This document shows positions 37,850 to 51,252 of a DNA stretch of 64,000 nt, piece after piece. Position 1 is the stretch's first letter; each line of letters starts with the position of its first letter. The stretch covers positions 10,108,001-10,172,000 of the forward strand of contig NC_045697.1 in NCBI RefSeq assembly GCF_009834535.1, read 5' to 3'. A program made the translations under genes and the position numbers. A model generated the notes under the pieces. The model saw nothing but the letters and a program-made list of their open reading frames with translations, had not been told where the DNA came from and searched no databases. The DNA is from Camelus ferus (taxonomy: Eukaryota).

Positions 37850-40800
37850 GTAAGGGATGAAGTTCCATAAACACCCCTCTGTCATCCCCACCTTAAAATG
37901 ACTCCCTTGCTTTGTTGCTTTTTCTAACAAGACTAGCTCCTTAAATCCCCGCTCTACGTCGCCTTCATTCCTCATAGCAACTCACTGAGTCCTCACTGTG
38001 CTTCAGACTCTGCTCCCAATTCTCTACCTGCACTCCCATTTCACTGTAATGACAGCTCCTTCAAGGGGCCATGATCATGCTGTACAGATGAGAACACAGA
38101 GCGATAGCATGACGACACGCATCACTGGGGACAGAAGTGAGCTGCTAGTGAAGCACAGAGCTGGATTCTCCTGGAACACCTGAAGCCCGTGACTGCTGGG
38201 CTGGTGCAGCTAGCAGGCAGTGGCTGGATGCGAGAGCATGGATGGATAGATAGACAGACGGATGGGGAGGAGACAGACAGATGAAGCGGGGGCAGAAATT
38301 AGGAGCCAGAGGCACAGAGGCCATCCTGCTCTGCACTAATACCCTGAACAAAGGCACAAAAAGGCTTCTAGATTTTGCTTTTCACAGACGACATGACAGT
38401 AGTATTAAAAAGCCTATCTTTCCCAGTTCAACACTTTCCCACCTGTCCTGTAACAGCTAAAAAAAAAATAGATGTCTTATAGCTTATAGCTCTGTCCAGC
38501 CACACAGTTGTCCTCTGCTCGTTCAGTAGTTCTCACTTTTCTCCCATGTCAGTCACCCACAGCCCCTAGCACAGTGCCTAGCATGTAGTGGATGATCAGT
38601 CAGTATTAGATGGTTTAGTTGGATGCATGCATGCACACGTAAATCTAGGATGGACTGATGCATGGATGGATGGATGGAAAAAAGAAATGGTACTGAAGAA
38701 AAACTCCTTGTAGACTCATTTCATGAAGAACTAAGAAGAAATCCTTTCTCTCCAAGCTTCAGTATCTAACCATAGACTAACATTCCATAATTCTCCTCTC
38801 TACCAAGCAGATGTCTGCCCTGAATAGGGAGGGGAGAATGATTTATCCCTTCATTCCATTCTTCATTAATTGTCCCTTATCACAAGGGCAAATCCTTTAT
38901 GTAAACAGGAAGAATTTCAATAAATTGTTACAGCTAGCCCTTGATTAGCTAACTCTCAGCAGTTCAAAATATTAAATAGCTACAGAAATCCAGGTGTTGA
39001 GATTGTAAAGACTTTTTCATGGCTCACACTATGAACTTGTATCTTAGTATTTCTGGCTTGGTCTTAAAGAATTTTCAAGAGGATGAGACCTCTAGCAATC
39101 TAGTCCAACACCCTCATTTCAAGAACCAGGAAACTAAAGTCAGAAGGACAAAGCCCCTTCTTCAGACTCATCTAACTAATCCAGGGCTGGACAAGGGCTT
39201 TTTCAGGTCTACTGAGTCACTGTCTACTACTTTCCCCACTAGGTTTAGACTGGATTTACATCCAATTTCTTCACCGTACAAATGGGTCATTTGAAACTCA
39301 GACAAGAAGTGACTTGACCAAAGTTATAGAGGCAGAGGAATTTCAATACAAAATGAAATTTAATGGTAGGAATTGCTACTGATGTCAAAATGTGTTTTTA
39401 TTGCTGTATCTAAGGTCACTGATTAAGACAGCAAAAGTTAAGCTCCTACTGAACATAAAATAACAATGTATAAGTTGTGTTAGTCCTTGATTCCAAAGTT
39501 AATTTAACAGTAAAATAGTATTCATATTCCATTTCTACCAAAAAGAAGCAAACATTGAAAGATCAGACTATCATGGCCTTATTTCAAGAAATAAATACCA
39601 GAGTGTGTTCTGACTGGGGCCAGTGGAATTTCAACCGAATAACAGAAGTCATGTAGAACCGGGGGATGGTCCTGGGGTCAGTAACAATGCTGACCCTAGT
39701 CACCAAAAAACAGTTGCTAATTCATTATTAGCATCTTCCGTGCATCACAAATTATTAAACAACCTCTTCTAAAATTATTAAAACAAAATACTTAATGTTT
39801 TAAGGGTAAAGATTTCATTGTCCTGAAACTTGTAGTATCCAGAATGCTTCATTGCTAAATTTGCCAAATAACTAAAAAATAGTCAGACTCATATTGATGT
39901 ATGTGTAATATTCAAATAAGTTATATTAAAGCACTATCAAGATAAAAGGCTTAGCTTCATAAAGGTTCCTCAGAACAGATACATAGTTAAGACTAAAGCT
40001 ATGCAATGTAACAACGATATAGTTTCCCTGACTACAAAATTGCATTACAAATTACCAATAATTTGGATACTTTTCAATAAAGTATCATTATACAAGCACT
40101 ATTTATGGAATGCTTTTGACAAAAAAAATTGAATGACATTTTGATGCTTCTAAACACTGTTATTACATATACGACTTAAACATTAAATAGATTTTACTTA
40201 TCATTTTCAAACCATGATCATAATTTCTCTCCATTTGGCCTTTGATTGATCTGTAGATATAAAGATCTGGACAAACAGAAAATATTCCTGTATGATGATT
40301 TTGAATTTGTTGAAATCCTTCCACAACTCTCGTATCTTTTCTATATACATGGAGACCCAGAGAAATTAAAAGATCTGTCTAAAATAATACAACCATTTAG
40401 CTGTGGTGCCAAAAAGAATGAAAGCTTTTTGATTTCAGCCCCAAAGGTAAGAGGCATTTTGGTGAAGGGGAAACTTGGATTCCAGTCCCAGCCTTGCTAC
40501 TAAAGCAAGTTTCTTCACCTCTCTGGGACTCAGTTTTCTCCTCCAAAAAAGAACTACCTGCAGTGGTGGCAGTCATCCTTGCTTAGTTATCGTGGCATAT
40601 TGAAGAGCCCTCGCTGTGTTGCAGGTGCACTTTACAATTTATACTCTGGCCACTGCCCCAGGAGATGTTCAGGCACCAGAGTCAGGCAGGCATGAGTTCA
40701 GATCACAGCTCCATCACTCACTAGCTCTGTTCCCTTGAGCGAACTATCTTCTCCATGGCTCAGTTTTCTCATCTACAGTGAAAGTAATATGAAATCCTAG

Positions 40801-41343
40801 TTCATAAAGTTGTGGTAAGACTTAAAGAAGATAATGCATGCACACAAAGCATTGCCCCTGGTGCGTGCTAAATATTCAATAAATATGAGCTCATCTAATT
40901 TTAACATTTTTATTATTAACACTGATAGAAGGAGAATGGGGCATGAAACTAAGTAGCCTCTAAGCATTCATCTTGTTCTCTCTGCCCCCATGATCCCACT
41001 CCAGGGGATAATATCATTGTGCCCACTGAATTCCTCCTGTGGTGATGAGTATCTGTAAGTGACTAGTTTAGCAGCAGGTGATCCATCATCAAAATGATGG
41101 TTAATTATTTTAAATTAATTGGGATTTAAATGACTTCCTACACATGCAAGAAGTTGTTCTTGATGTTCTCATGAGATTTTTCTATTTCCACTTTAATGCA
41201 TCAGTGATTTTTTTAAAATATTAATTATTTAGTAGTATACTGTTGAAATTGACTGAAAAAACAAAATTTAGGGTCTGTGGGCATGTTGTTTGTGACTCTA
41301 TATTTACAGAATCTACTAATTCCACTATAAACTCTGTTTGAAG
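37850..41343 (+). other. C1QTNF7: C1QTNF7 phase-1 intron (3494 nt), GT...AG
   Basis: gtaagg donor and gaag acceptor; splicing restores an uninterrupted run of 34 Gly-X-Y triplets. Confidence 0.95.
40670..40890 (+). mobile_element. MIR
   Basis: gagtcaggcag...gagttcagatcacagctccatcactcactagct...ctcagttttctcatct...ctcaataaat-like core. Other MIR pieces lie near 1740-1870, 17540-17690, 29210-29390 and 46385-46580. Confidence 0.7.
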
Positions 41344-41976
41344 GTCTGAGAGGTAAGACCGGACCACTGGGCCTTGCTGGAGAGAAAGGGGACCAGGGAG
41401 AGACTGGGAAGAAAGGACCCATGGGACCTGAGGGAGAGAAAGGAGAAGTAGGTCCTGTTGGGCCTCCTGGACCAAAAGGAGACAGAGGGGAGCAAGGGGA
41501 CCCGGGGCTGCCTGGTGTTTGTAGATGTGGAAGCATCGTGCTCAAATCTGCCTTCTCTGTTGGCATCACCACAAGCTACCCAGAAGAAAGGCTACCTATC
41601 ATATTTAACAAGGTCCTCTTCAATGAGGGAGAGCACTACAACCCTGCAACAGGGAAGTTCATCTGTGCGTTCCCTGGGATCTATTACTTTTCTTATGATA
41701 TCACATTGGCAAATAAGCATCTGGCCATTGGGCTGGTACACAACTGGGCAGTACCGGATAAAGACTTTTGACGCCAACACAGGAAACCATGACGTGGCTT
41801 CGGGGTCCACAGTCATCTATCTGCAGCCAGAAGATGAAGTCTGGCTGGAGATCTTCTTCACTGACCAGAACGGCCTCTTCTCAGACCCAGGCTGGGCAGA
41901 CAGCTTGTTCTCCGGATTTCTCCTCTATGTTGACACGGATTATCTAGATTCCATATCAGAAGATGATGAGCTCTGA
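41344..41976 (+). CDS. C1QTNF7: CTRP7 last coding exon: 20 further Gly-X-Y triplets and the C1q globular domain; contains an apparent +1 frameshift at 41744/41745
   Basis: Acceptor tttgaag ends at 41343, with branch-point-like tactaat at 41314-41320. The phase-1 join gives [15 protein letters not shown]...[77 protein letters not shown]. The rest, [79 protein letters not shown] (41974-41976), is in the next frame. 238+633-1=870 nt = 289 aa plus stop. Confidence 0.96.
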
Positions 41977-42420
41977 TCTGCTGGCCCAAATGCCCCATGA
42001 TCCTTGTGGAAGAAACTTTGACTTAATCTGGGGCCCTGGAAGGTGGAACAAGAAGAAATGAGATCCAAAAAAGACCCCCACTCAGACTCCAGAGCATTTA
42101 CAGACAGTTCTAGCAGAATCTATTAAAACAAGTTGACCCACCAAACCGATGAAACCACAACAGAATTAATTATATAAAACAATAACCCCAGATATGTTCT
42201 CTCAAAAGCAATGTTCACAAATATTTAAACAAATAAAGACAACGTTACAAATTCTATTAAATTCCGTGAGTGCTAAAACCAGCTGGCAATGATATTGTCT
42301 CATTAAATCTTTGTAAAATTGCATTTCTGCCTATTATTTAAGAGAATCATAACATCCCAAATTCCTTGACAATTCTCAGAAGGCTACAGTAAGAAAAAAA
42401 AATAAAATAAAGGTAAGAGT
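41977..42420 (+). other. C1QTNF7: Proximal 3' UTR of C1QTNF7 with candidate polyadenylation signals; the true 3' end may lie several kb further downstream
   Basis: AT-rich sequence after the stop codon, with AATAAA at 42232-42237 and tandem AATAAA at about 42401-42411. Further AATAAA hexamers occur near 42766, 43065, 43355 and 44043. Confidence 0.55.
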
Positions 42421-45400
42421 TGCCAAGTACTTTCAAGCAAGCCAAAGTGAAGTGATTTTTTTGTTGTATTATTAATTCCCTTATGCTTGTATATATTCAC
42501 TCAACAACTCTTTAATGAGCTTGTATGAGCCAGACGCTATGATGCTGGGTCAGATTCAATAATGAGTTAAGATAAAATTCCTACCTTCATACGGGCTAGT
42601 GTGTGATCTGCATGCTGTCACAGCTCAGCATGATGAGCACCATGGCAAATAGATTGACTCATTGCTGGAGGCACAGGACCTTCTCTTCCTAGGAGTGGGG
42701 GCCAGAGCATGGAAGGACACCATGTGTGCTAAGGTGTGTATTGTTAAGTAAGTGGGAGGGGTGCAAATAAAACAAAGAATTCAGCAGCTGCATTCTCCCC
42801 ACTTCATCCTCAAAACACCATTGGTATTTGAATCAAGAAGTGGTGGAAAATCTAGATACCCCAGGAGGAGTAATCAAAATGAAAAGAAACAAGTTACAGA
42901 GACCAGTCAGCAGATCATTCTCCTAGATTCTTTACTTGTGATGGTCTCCCAGGACAAGTATTTGTCCTCTCAGCTTTCTTGCAGATACTCAGGCACTCTC
43001 ACAGGCACTACTTTACATTGTAGCAGGACATTGTTTTAATGGATTTCCCAGGTATTGAATTCAAATAAAACGAAGTATATATTCACTGGTTTATGAATGA
43101 GTTGATGGGAGGAGTAACAGGAGGAGGAGAGGGCATGATCAAACACCAGAGCAAATGGCTGTCCCTTCCAAGTTTCACACATCCCTTAGTCCCACTTTCT
43201 CACAGCGGTGACATCTTGTTCCACACTGAACTGCAATTCCTCAGTTAATCTCACCCATAATTCTCTCACCCCCACTCCCTTGGCTGGTAGTAATGGTATT
43301 TCCTTGCATCATGTGACCCTCCTTCTATGTATTCCTCCCTTTGCTCATTCAGTTAATAAATATGTCTTAATGTCTCCTACATATGAATCACCACATTGGG
43401 TTCTGTGAAGGTGAAACAACACCAACATGAATATGGTGCAGCCTCTGTCGTCAACATTTCTAAGGATACAAGAAAGGAAATGACATGCACTCACACACAA
43501 AATACCTAGAATTCTGGACATGAACGTTCTAAAACATGCTAAGTGCTAAATGGGAGACAGAGACAAAATACTTTGGAAGGAATGCTGAGGAGGAAAGATT
43601 AACTTCCAAATTACAATGTGAGAGAAAACAGCTAGAGAAATCTCTGCCCCCTGGGTCTGAAGTGACAGAGAGGACTCGGAGTGGCCAGCGTGGGGGAAGG
43701 GCACTTCAGAGAGAAGCTGTAATAGGGACAGAGCATGAAAGCGAGAACAGAAACCCAAAAGAGAAATCCGTGAGCCATACTTGCAAGAGTCCCCCCAAAC
43801 GTCAACCTAGGGATTAGGGGCTTTACTTGTGGGATAGTGTGGAGCCCCTGTGCATTCCAGAGCTGGGTTGGCCATTACCAAGGGTAAAATTTACAATGAC
43901 CAAGCCACTGTGCATAGGGGTGGTCCTTGCTTCTCCCATCTCTCAGGTCTGTCTTGCTTCCTTCGTCTTCCTCCGCCTTCCATGCTTTTTCCACTTGTTG
44001 CTCTGCCTCTGAGTCAGCATGTGGGTCTGGGAGGCCAGGGGCAATAAAAATTAGACCAAGAAGTGAGAGAAAAGGTGGTTTGACATAGTCACCTGCCTCT
44101 GTATAGCAATTGAACCTGGAATTCCAAGCTGTAAATTGAAAAAAAAAAAAAAAAACACCAACAGAAGAAGCTAATCTGGGGAACAACAAAATACGTGCCT
44201 TTTGAAGACCATGGGATTCACTGGAGAAACTGGAAATGGAGACATTATTGCCGACAGTCATGACTCAGAAGATTATTATGTGGTTTAAATTTTTCTTCTG
44301 ATCATGATCCTTTAATGCATTCATTTTTGGGACATTGTTTACTTTCTTATCTCCTAAATGTTTCTTTCATTACAAAGCCTATTTTGAGTAGCTTTTTAAA
44401 CTGAAGTTTCTTTAACTGGTTCTAGGCCAAGTGATGAATTTTATTTTGAAATATCTGGCAGGATGGTGACAGGGATCAGAGAGCTAAAGTGGGAATAGAA
44501 AGGCTATTTTGGTATTAAAAGGATAAACTCTTATACAAAAGCAGTTGTCTTTTATCCCCCCCCCCAAAAAAAAAAAAACAGATATAATTTATCTACCTCT
44601 ACTGATATTTGTGTAAGGAAGAACAATTTTGGTTTAAAAAAACCCAAGTCTCATTCCTGTCATCTTTTGTAAGGGCTGACTTTTAATGAATATGTATTAA
44701 GAAATATTTATTGACACTGTACCATCTCGTTCCAGAAGGATTTAAAGCCACTTACAAAGATTGATAAACTACAGAATGAATACATTAGTCAGCAGCGGAA
44801 GAGAAGAAAAGGGCAAAATAAACAAACAGAAAAGGAAAGAGTAAGGCTAACACAAAACTGTATGTACGTGAACATGTGTGTACCTATGTTACACATCTGT
44901 AGGACACATGTGTTTCCTTGTACCCGTGTGTACATAAGGGCATCCTAAGGTCATCCATCATTTTGTTTGTGATGAAGCAAAAAAGAATCCATAAACTCTA
45001 AATCTACTTTTTCTCTGCCACTCAATGAAAAATGGCATGGACATAACTACATTTTAGATATTAGCTATTTGTTGTTTTATACCTTCCTCTTTCTCTCTTT
45101 CCTTCTGTACCTCCACTTAGAGTAAATGGCCTCACTACTCACCCTGACCCCAAAGCCAAAACCTAAGGAATAGTCTAGATGTCTTCCCTCCCTTCCCCAG
45201 GGAATTTTGTTCAGCAGAAATGTTTATGGTTCTAGCCCTCCATGTACATTTCTGAGTCGTTGCAGGTTTCCACTCCCAATGCTGAGGTTTTGTTCATATA
45301 CTCATCATCTCTTCCCTGGACTAGTAGGAAACTTTTCCACTGAACCTTTGCCTCTGGCCACAACCTTCCAATCCATTCTTCACACTAGGTTAGATTTATC

Positions 45401-48400
45401 CTTCTCAATTACAAATATGGTCATGTCACTCCATAGCTTAAAAGCCAGCAGTGGGCCTCCAGTCTCTACAATATAAAATGTGTCTTGAACTTATTTGGGT
45501 TTTGCAACCTGAAATGCATGCCCCTTTTCTGCTATTCATACCCAGTTTCCTCCTGAAGGACCATCCTCCCTTATATGCTAGGTCTTTGAGCTTCTAAGTA
45601 GAACTGACTCTTGCAGTTTGTAGATCACTGGCCTGATTAGTCAGAACATAGTATTCCACTCACCAATATAAGTGGTTCAGGGAACTCAAACAGAGCCACA
45701 AGACTTTGCTGGGACATCTACAGAAGAGAATCTCATTCTTTCCCATTGGACTTAAACCTGTGAGCCTCTAAAAGCCATCTCACCATCACAAAGCATAATA
45801 TCATAGAAGAATGGAGATATGCACAGATGAGGTTGAAAAATGGAGATAAAGGATAGAAATGTGACTTGGAGTCATCATTTGGGTCCTGATCCAGACATGT
45901 CTATAATAGCCAGCTCTCCCTGTGGACTTTTCAGTTATGACCACCATTAAATGCCATTTTCACTTAAGCCCTTTTGAGGTGGGTATTCAGCCACTTGAAA
46001 AAGATGTTATCCTACCTAATTTTTCATGCAAGCACCCTTTAGCTGGGCACATTAGACTCTTTGGGATCTAACCTCTGCTTACTTTCATAGTCACATCTCC
46101 AAAAGTCACCCATATGCAACCTATAATCCCAGCAAATACAGATAACTGTGGTCCCAGGATGCCTTGTTTCTGCATGCCTCAGGACCTCTGCACATGCTGT
46201 TTTGTTTGCTCGTAATGCCATTGCTGTCTTTGTCTGCCTGATTAGGTTACCATTCAAAGCTCAGCTCAAAAGCCCAGCTCCTTTTCTCTAATCTCCCTCT
46301 ACCTCTTCCCCTGTGCCCAAGGGGAACCACAGGTGATCTCAGGTGTCTTCCTTACCACCTGGAAACTAGTACATAGTCACAGTAGCAAGAGTGAACACTT
46401 ACTGAGCACTCTTTCAAGTGTTTTGCATGTCTGAACTCACTTGATCTTCACAACAATTATTCTTCCCATTTTACAGATGAGGAAACTGAGAGACAGTGAG
46501 GTTAAGAAATGTGTAAGTGGCACAAGAAATGGTAAGTGGCACAGCAGAGCCAGGCAGTCTGGCTCCAGAGTCTAGTCTCTTCATCATCATGCTGGGTCCT
46601 TATCCTATTTCACACTCATTTCACAAAAGTGTCATCATACAGCTCATCTGTTTCTCCATTGGTCCATCTGGTGGAGATTTGTCCTATTATCTTTACGTCC
46701 CAGGACTGTACCCAGTGTCTGCCCTAATATGTGCTCAATAAAAAATGTGATGACTTAATCAGTGACAAGTTCTTCTGAAATACAATCTTTGCACATGGAG
46801 AGAGAGACAGAGATCACCACAGAAGAGCTCTATGATCGTCCCGTGAATTTATCAAGACTCTTAAGATTACAACTGACAGAATCCAACTCAAACTGGCTCA
46901 AGAAGAGGGAAGGCACTGAGGTAACACAGAGTTCTAGAGCCGTATCTGGGTACTTGTTCATTGTCCCCAGGACTTCATCTCTCCCCGTCTCACGGGTCGG
47001 CACTCCCCAGTGCAGACTTCACTCTCAGGCAGGCTCTTACCCTTGTGGTAGACAGCCAGCAACAGCTCCAGGTTTGCATTTTGCACCTCTGCAGGCAAAA
47101 ATGTATGTATTTCTCTTTCTCAGTAGTCCTAGCAAAAGACCCAGGATGACAGCCTTTTAGTTCCAACTGGTCCTGCTTGAGTCATAATTATGTCGCTTAG
47201 TCGATGACTGGCCAGGGGGATGCGGTGTTCCCATTGGCCATGCCTGTATCACGTGGCCATCTCTAGAGCTAAGAACAGAATCGGTCCCACCTAAGTCATA
47301 CGGAAAATAAAGATACCAAGCCCAGGAAACGAGAAGTTGCTGACGGTCAGTCAAAAGCAACAGGTGACCTCTGTAGGCTGTTTTTATATAAAATCAAAAC
47401 CGCATTTATTTTGTCTGCATGATGCAAACTAAATGTGTTGCCAGAATGATTTTTCTCATAGAGAATTAATTTCTGATAATATTTTGTCAGACTTGACTAA
47501 ATACTGTGTCCTCTACCCCCCTGGCATCTGTGATGAGCTCTTGCTACAGGCTGCCAGAAGGCAAGCTCCCAGTCAACACTTTAAATGAAAGAATGGATTA
47601 TTCTCAGTTGAAATCTTCTTCCCCTCTCACTTTCTGATTTTTTACATCAGTACCCTAAAATGACAACAATCTATGTGGTTATCTTTGATAATTGTAAAAA
47701 GAAGGAGGAATTACCCTTGGAGATTAGTCTCTTTGTGGAATCAAAAAATGGTCAGTAAATCCAATTCATTCCTTGGCCAACAAAATGATAACTGAAGTGG
47801 CGGTTTGAAATGCCATCCAAGGTCAGCGACTATGTTGCTGTCCTCATGTTCTCCTGCTTGTTTACTGAGAGATCATCCATGGTGACTGATGATACCAGCA
47901 GCTGTAGGAACCAGCACCATGATGGGTCCTGTTAGCCCTGGACCTTACTTCATCCTCAAGAAAAGCAGTGCCTGTCTCCCACCTCGCTCCCACTAGAAGG
48001 AGGAGCACTGTATGGGCATGTCAGGAGCCCCAATGCTGGGATGTTGCTTAAGAATGACAAGGGAGGAGGTCAGAGTTGAAGCCACATACCAAGATCTCTA
48101 CAAATTCTTCCCTCCTGGGGATGTGCCACTCAGGGTCCAAGCAGGGAGCAGCAAGACACCCTCAAAAGGATTTGACTATAGAGAATACAGTGGAACAACT
48201 GCATTCAGAAGTGCAGGCAAGGTTAAAAGAACCAAGGACAGGGGTTGAGGTATCCAAGCACTAGCGACAGCAGGAACCATCACCACTCCAAGGTCTGAAG
48301 TGGAAGGGTGGCAACACTAGTTGCTCATGCAGCAGAGAGCTTGAGACTCAGAAGAAGAACTTTCTCCAGGAACCATGCCTGGAGAAGAGCCTGGCCACCA

Positions 48401-49708
48401 CTAGAACCAGGAAGAAATGCGGAGGAGGCTAAGGTGTTAAATCTCTGACCACACTCTCTTTCTACCCTCTAGTCTCCCATCTGTACCTCCCCCTGGCCAA
48501 ACCCAACAGCTCTGGGAAGCAAGGGAGGCTTGGTAACATCATGCACAAAGACGGGCTTCTCAGACAACAAGCAGTTCAAAGTAGGACAGAAAATTGATGA
48601 GGAATCAAGAGCTGGGGTGGGACCAGGTGGAAATTAAACAGCACAGGGCTCCTCTCTTTAATTCCTTCCCTCTGTAGAGTCTCTCAAAAACTCATATCAA
48701 GAGGATGCAATAGAACTGGTGCCCCATCTTGAGAAGGACAGAAGGGACACCTTCCAGAGCTGCTTAGGGCTGCCTGTAATTGATGCACAAGGAGCCCTCA
48801 GGTCTCACAGTGGTCCAGCTCCACTCACAAGAAAATGACATTGGAGTTTGGGGCCAAAGCTTTGCAGTGATGAACAGGTTTTGATAAAGTGTCCACCCTT
48901 AAGTCCCTGTCTTAAACTTACAACAGCCACAAGTGGCTGTTGATACATTCAAGGATTCAAGATTCTAGCCAAATAGCTTTCCAGCTCACTATGAGTTAAA
49001 CACTCCTCTTATCCCGTTAAAGATGGGAAACTCGAGGCTCAGAGCCATTGAGCAAAGTGACCACAGTCAAGCCTTACACATGTGCGGTTGGAACTCTTGC
49101 CTGCTCACCTCCGGTGCTCGAGCTTTTTTGTGAGCACACACACCTGCACTACCCGCCTTCCAGACCATTTTGCTGAGACGCTGTTTCGTAGACAGGTTGC
49201 TGCATGGTGAGGAGAAAGCCCCTACCTCACTCCTCTTCCTTTGGTGCTGGTAAATGTTGTTTCCCTCCTATTCAGCTGGGAGCTAAGCTATCACTGTCAG
49301 TATCAAGACCTGCTCAAGCACAGCCAAGATATCCAGGGTGGACAGACAAGGAGGCTCTGCAAATTTTAAGAAGCCAAAACTGCACCCACCTCCCTCACTC
49401 TGCACAAGAAACAAAGACTGGCCCTAAGACGGGTGCTAGGTCTAGGGGTCTGGTTTAATTCTGCCAAGGAGGACCCAGGAAATCTTTTAGCATCATCATT
49501 ATACCATGTGTTTAGAAAAATCCAGCAGTTGAATTCCTTTCAGTTTTCTTTACAAAACATGCTGAATATGTTGGGGAACCAAAGAGTCTTTTGGGGAAGG
49601 AATTTTTTTTAAAAACTATAGAATTTGCCATGAGGATTGTTTAAATGCTGTGCTGTGGTTTCCAAGAGACACACTGACACTGATACTCCTTTTCTTTCTG
49701 TTCTGCAT

Positions 49709-49919
49709 CAGGGCTTCTCAGCCTCAAGCAACTCTGAATTTGGGGCCAGACCATTCTTCGCTATTCAGTCCATCCAGTGCATCCTAGGAAGTGGAGCATG
49801 CTTGGCCTCCACCCAGGAGGTACCACTAACAACTCCGCTCCCATCGTAACAATCAATGATATCTCCAGACACCGCCAAGTGTCCCCTGGGGGCAAAATTG
49901 TCCCCAGATGAGAAGTCTG
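49709..49919 (+). mobile_element. MER20 (hAT-Charlie)
   Basis: ttctcagcct...tctccagacaccgccaagtgtcccctgggggcaaaattgtcccc...tgagaa. Confidence 0.75.
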
Positions 49920-51252
49920 TATAATATGATCACAGTGGCAGAGTCCACTCAATCCTCACAATCTACCTGTTTGCCAAGGACCATTTTCCAAATAATCTTT
50001 TTTTTTTTTTTTTTTTTTTGCAGACAACCACATGGCTGGTCAGCATTTCAGGTAAGATATTTGGTCCCTTCTGAGAATCCCTAGTTGAACTGTTCCTTGT
50101 CCTGGAAAGGCCCAAAAGGCAGCTAGAAACTATGCCTTCATCCCAATTCCCTCTGACTATAGCCAAAATATTTCATTTTTGTTTTGTCTAGGATACAAAA
50201 ATTGCAAAGTCTCCAACTTCTAAGAATGCGTTCCAAGAAAATAATTAATAATGTTCGTAAAGATTTAATTACAAGAAAGAGCCTTGCAGCAAAGTTTGGA
50301 ATAAGAAAGCTGGGAAATAGCCTAAGTGTCTGAATACAGAATAGTGATGAAATACACTGTGATACATTCATCTAACAGAATATACATGGTGTCATCAAAG
50401 GTCATGAGGATGAAAGTGCACTGGTACCATAATCTGCTCATGAAATATTAATAAATCAAAGTAGATTACAAAAAAGCTACTCAGCAATTATCCTATTTTT
50501 AAAGTCTGTTTGCATGTGTGCATAGAGAAAGTCTAGATAAAAAGTTGTTACTAACAGAGGAGTTTTCATTTCTCCCCCTTGAATCTTTCAATGTTTATAA
50601 TAAACATATTTTACAGACAACTTTTTTTACATAAGCTCTCAGATAGTCAAGGTAGTTGCATCTTATTATGACCCCAAAAGATGGCAGAGAAAAAAGTCTA
50701 AAAAGAGGAAAACACCTTAACATTGTAGGTGGACATGTGCACCAGCCTTGATGTCTTCTTGTGGCACACTTGAATGTCTATTCCAGAAGATTCTTTAAGG
50801 CAAGAATAAAACAAAATAACCCTAGTTTATATATATTTTAAATGATCCCACCCTAACTTGAACAGGGAAGGAAATGAGTCTTGAATTGACATCATTTTAT
50901 GGAGTTTTTATTCGCCAGGAACTATAAACCCAATGGGTTAACCACAGTGTGAAGTCATTCAGAACCAATGCATTTCTTGGATGGACAAGGTGTTTATGAG
51001 CAGCCACATGAGGAAGACTGAAACCATGGCTTCGCTCCAGTGCCATCACAGAGGTGGCAGAATTTATTGAAATAAAATCTTGCTCAATCTGGTCAGAATT
51101 CCAAGAAGTGATCTGAAATCACTGGAAGTAGAAGAATTATAAACTCTTAAGACATTACATAGATGCTCTCAAATTACAGCACTTTTACAAGGCTGCTTGT
51201 GAGATGCTGTCTTGGCTGAAAGAAACAGTCAAAACAATAATCTCTATAATCT

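Noticed and set aside
41225..41572. Antisense collagen-like ORF (also 37692-37874)
   Set aside because: It is the mirror image of Gly/Pro codons on the opposite strand, with no independent evidence.
41421..41976. Two separate overlapping genes, or programmed ribosomal frameshifting
   Set aside because: The two ORFs are consecutive halves of one CTRP7 exon. There is no slippery sequence at the switch point, and removing one base gives the expected 289 aa.
48921..48942. 10-bp inverted repeat caacagccac-aa-gtggctgttg
   Set aside because: It is short enough to arise by chance in 64 kb and has no supporting context.
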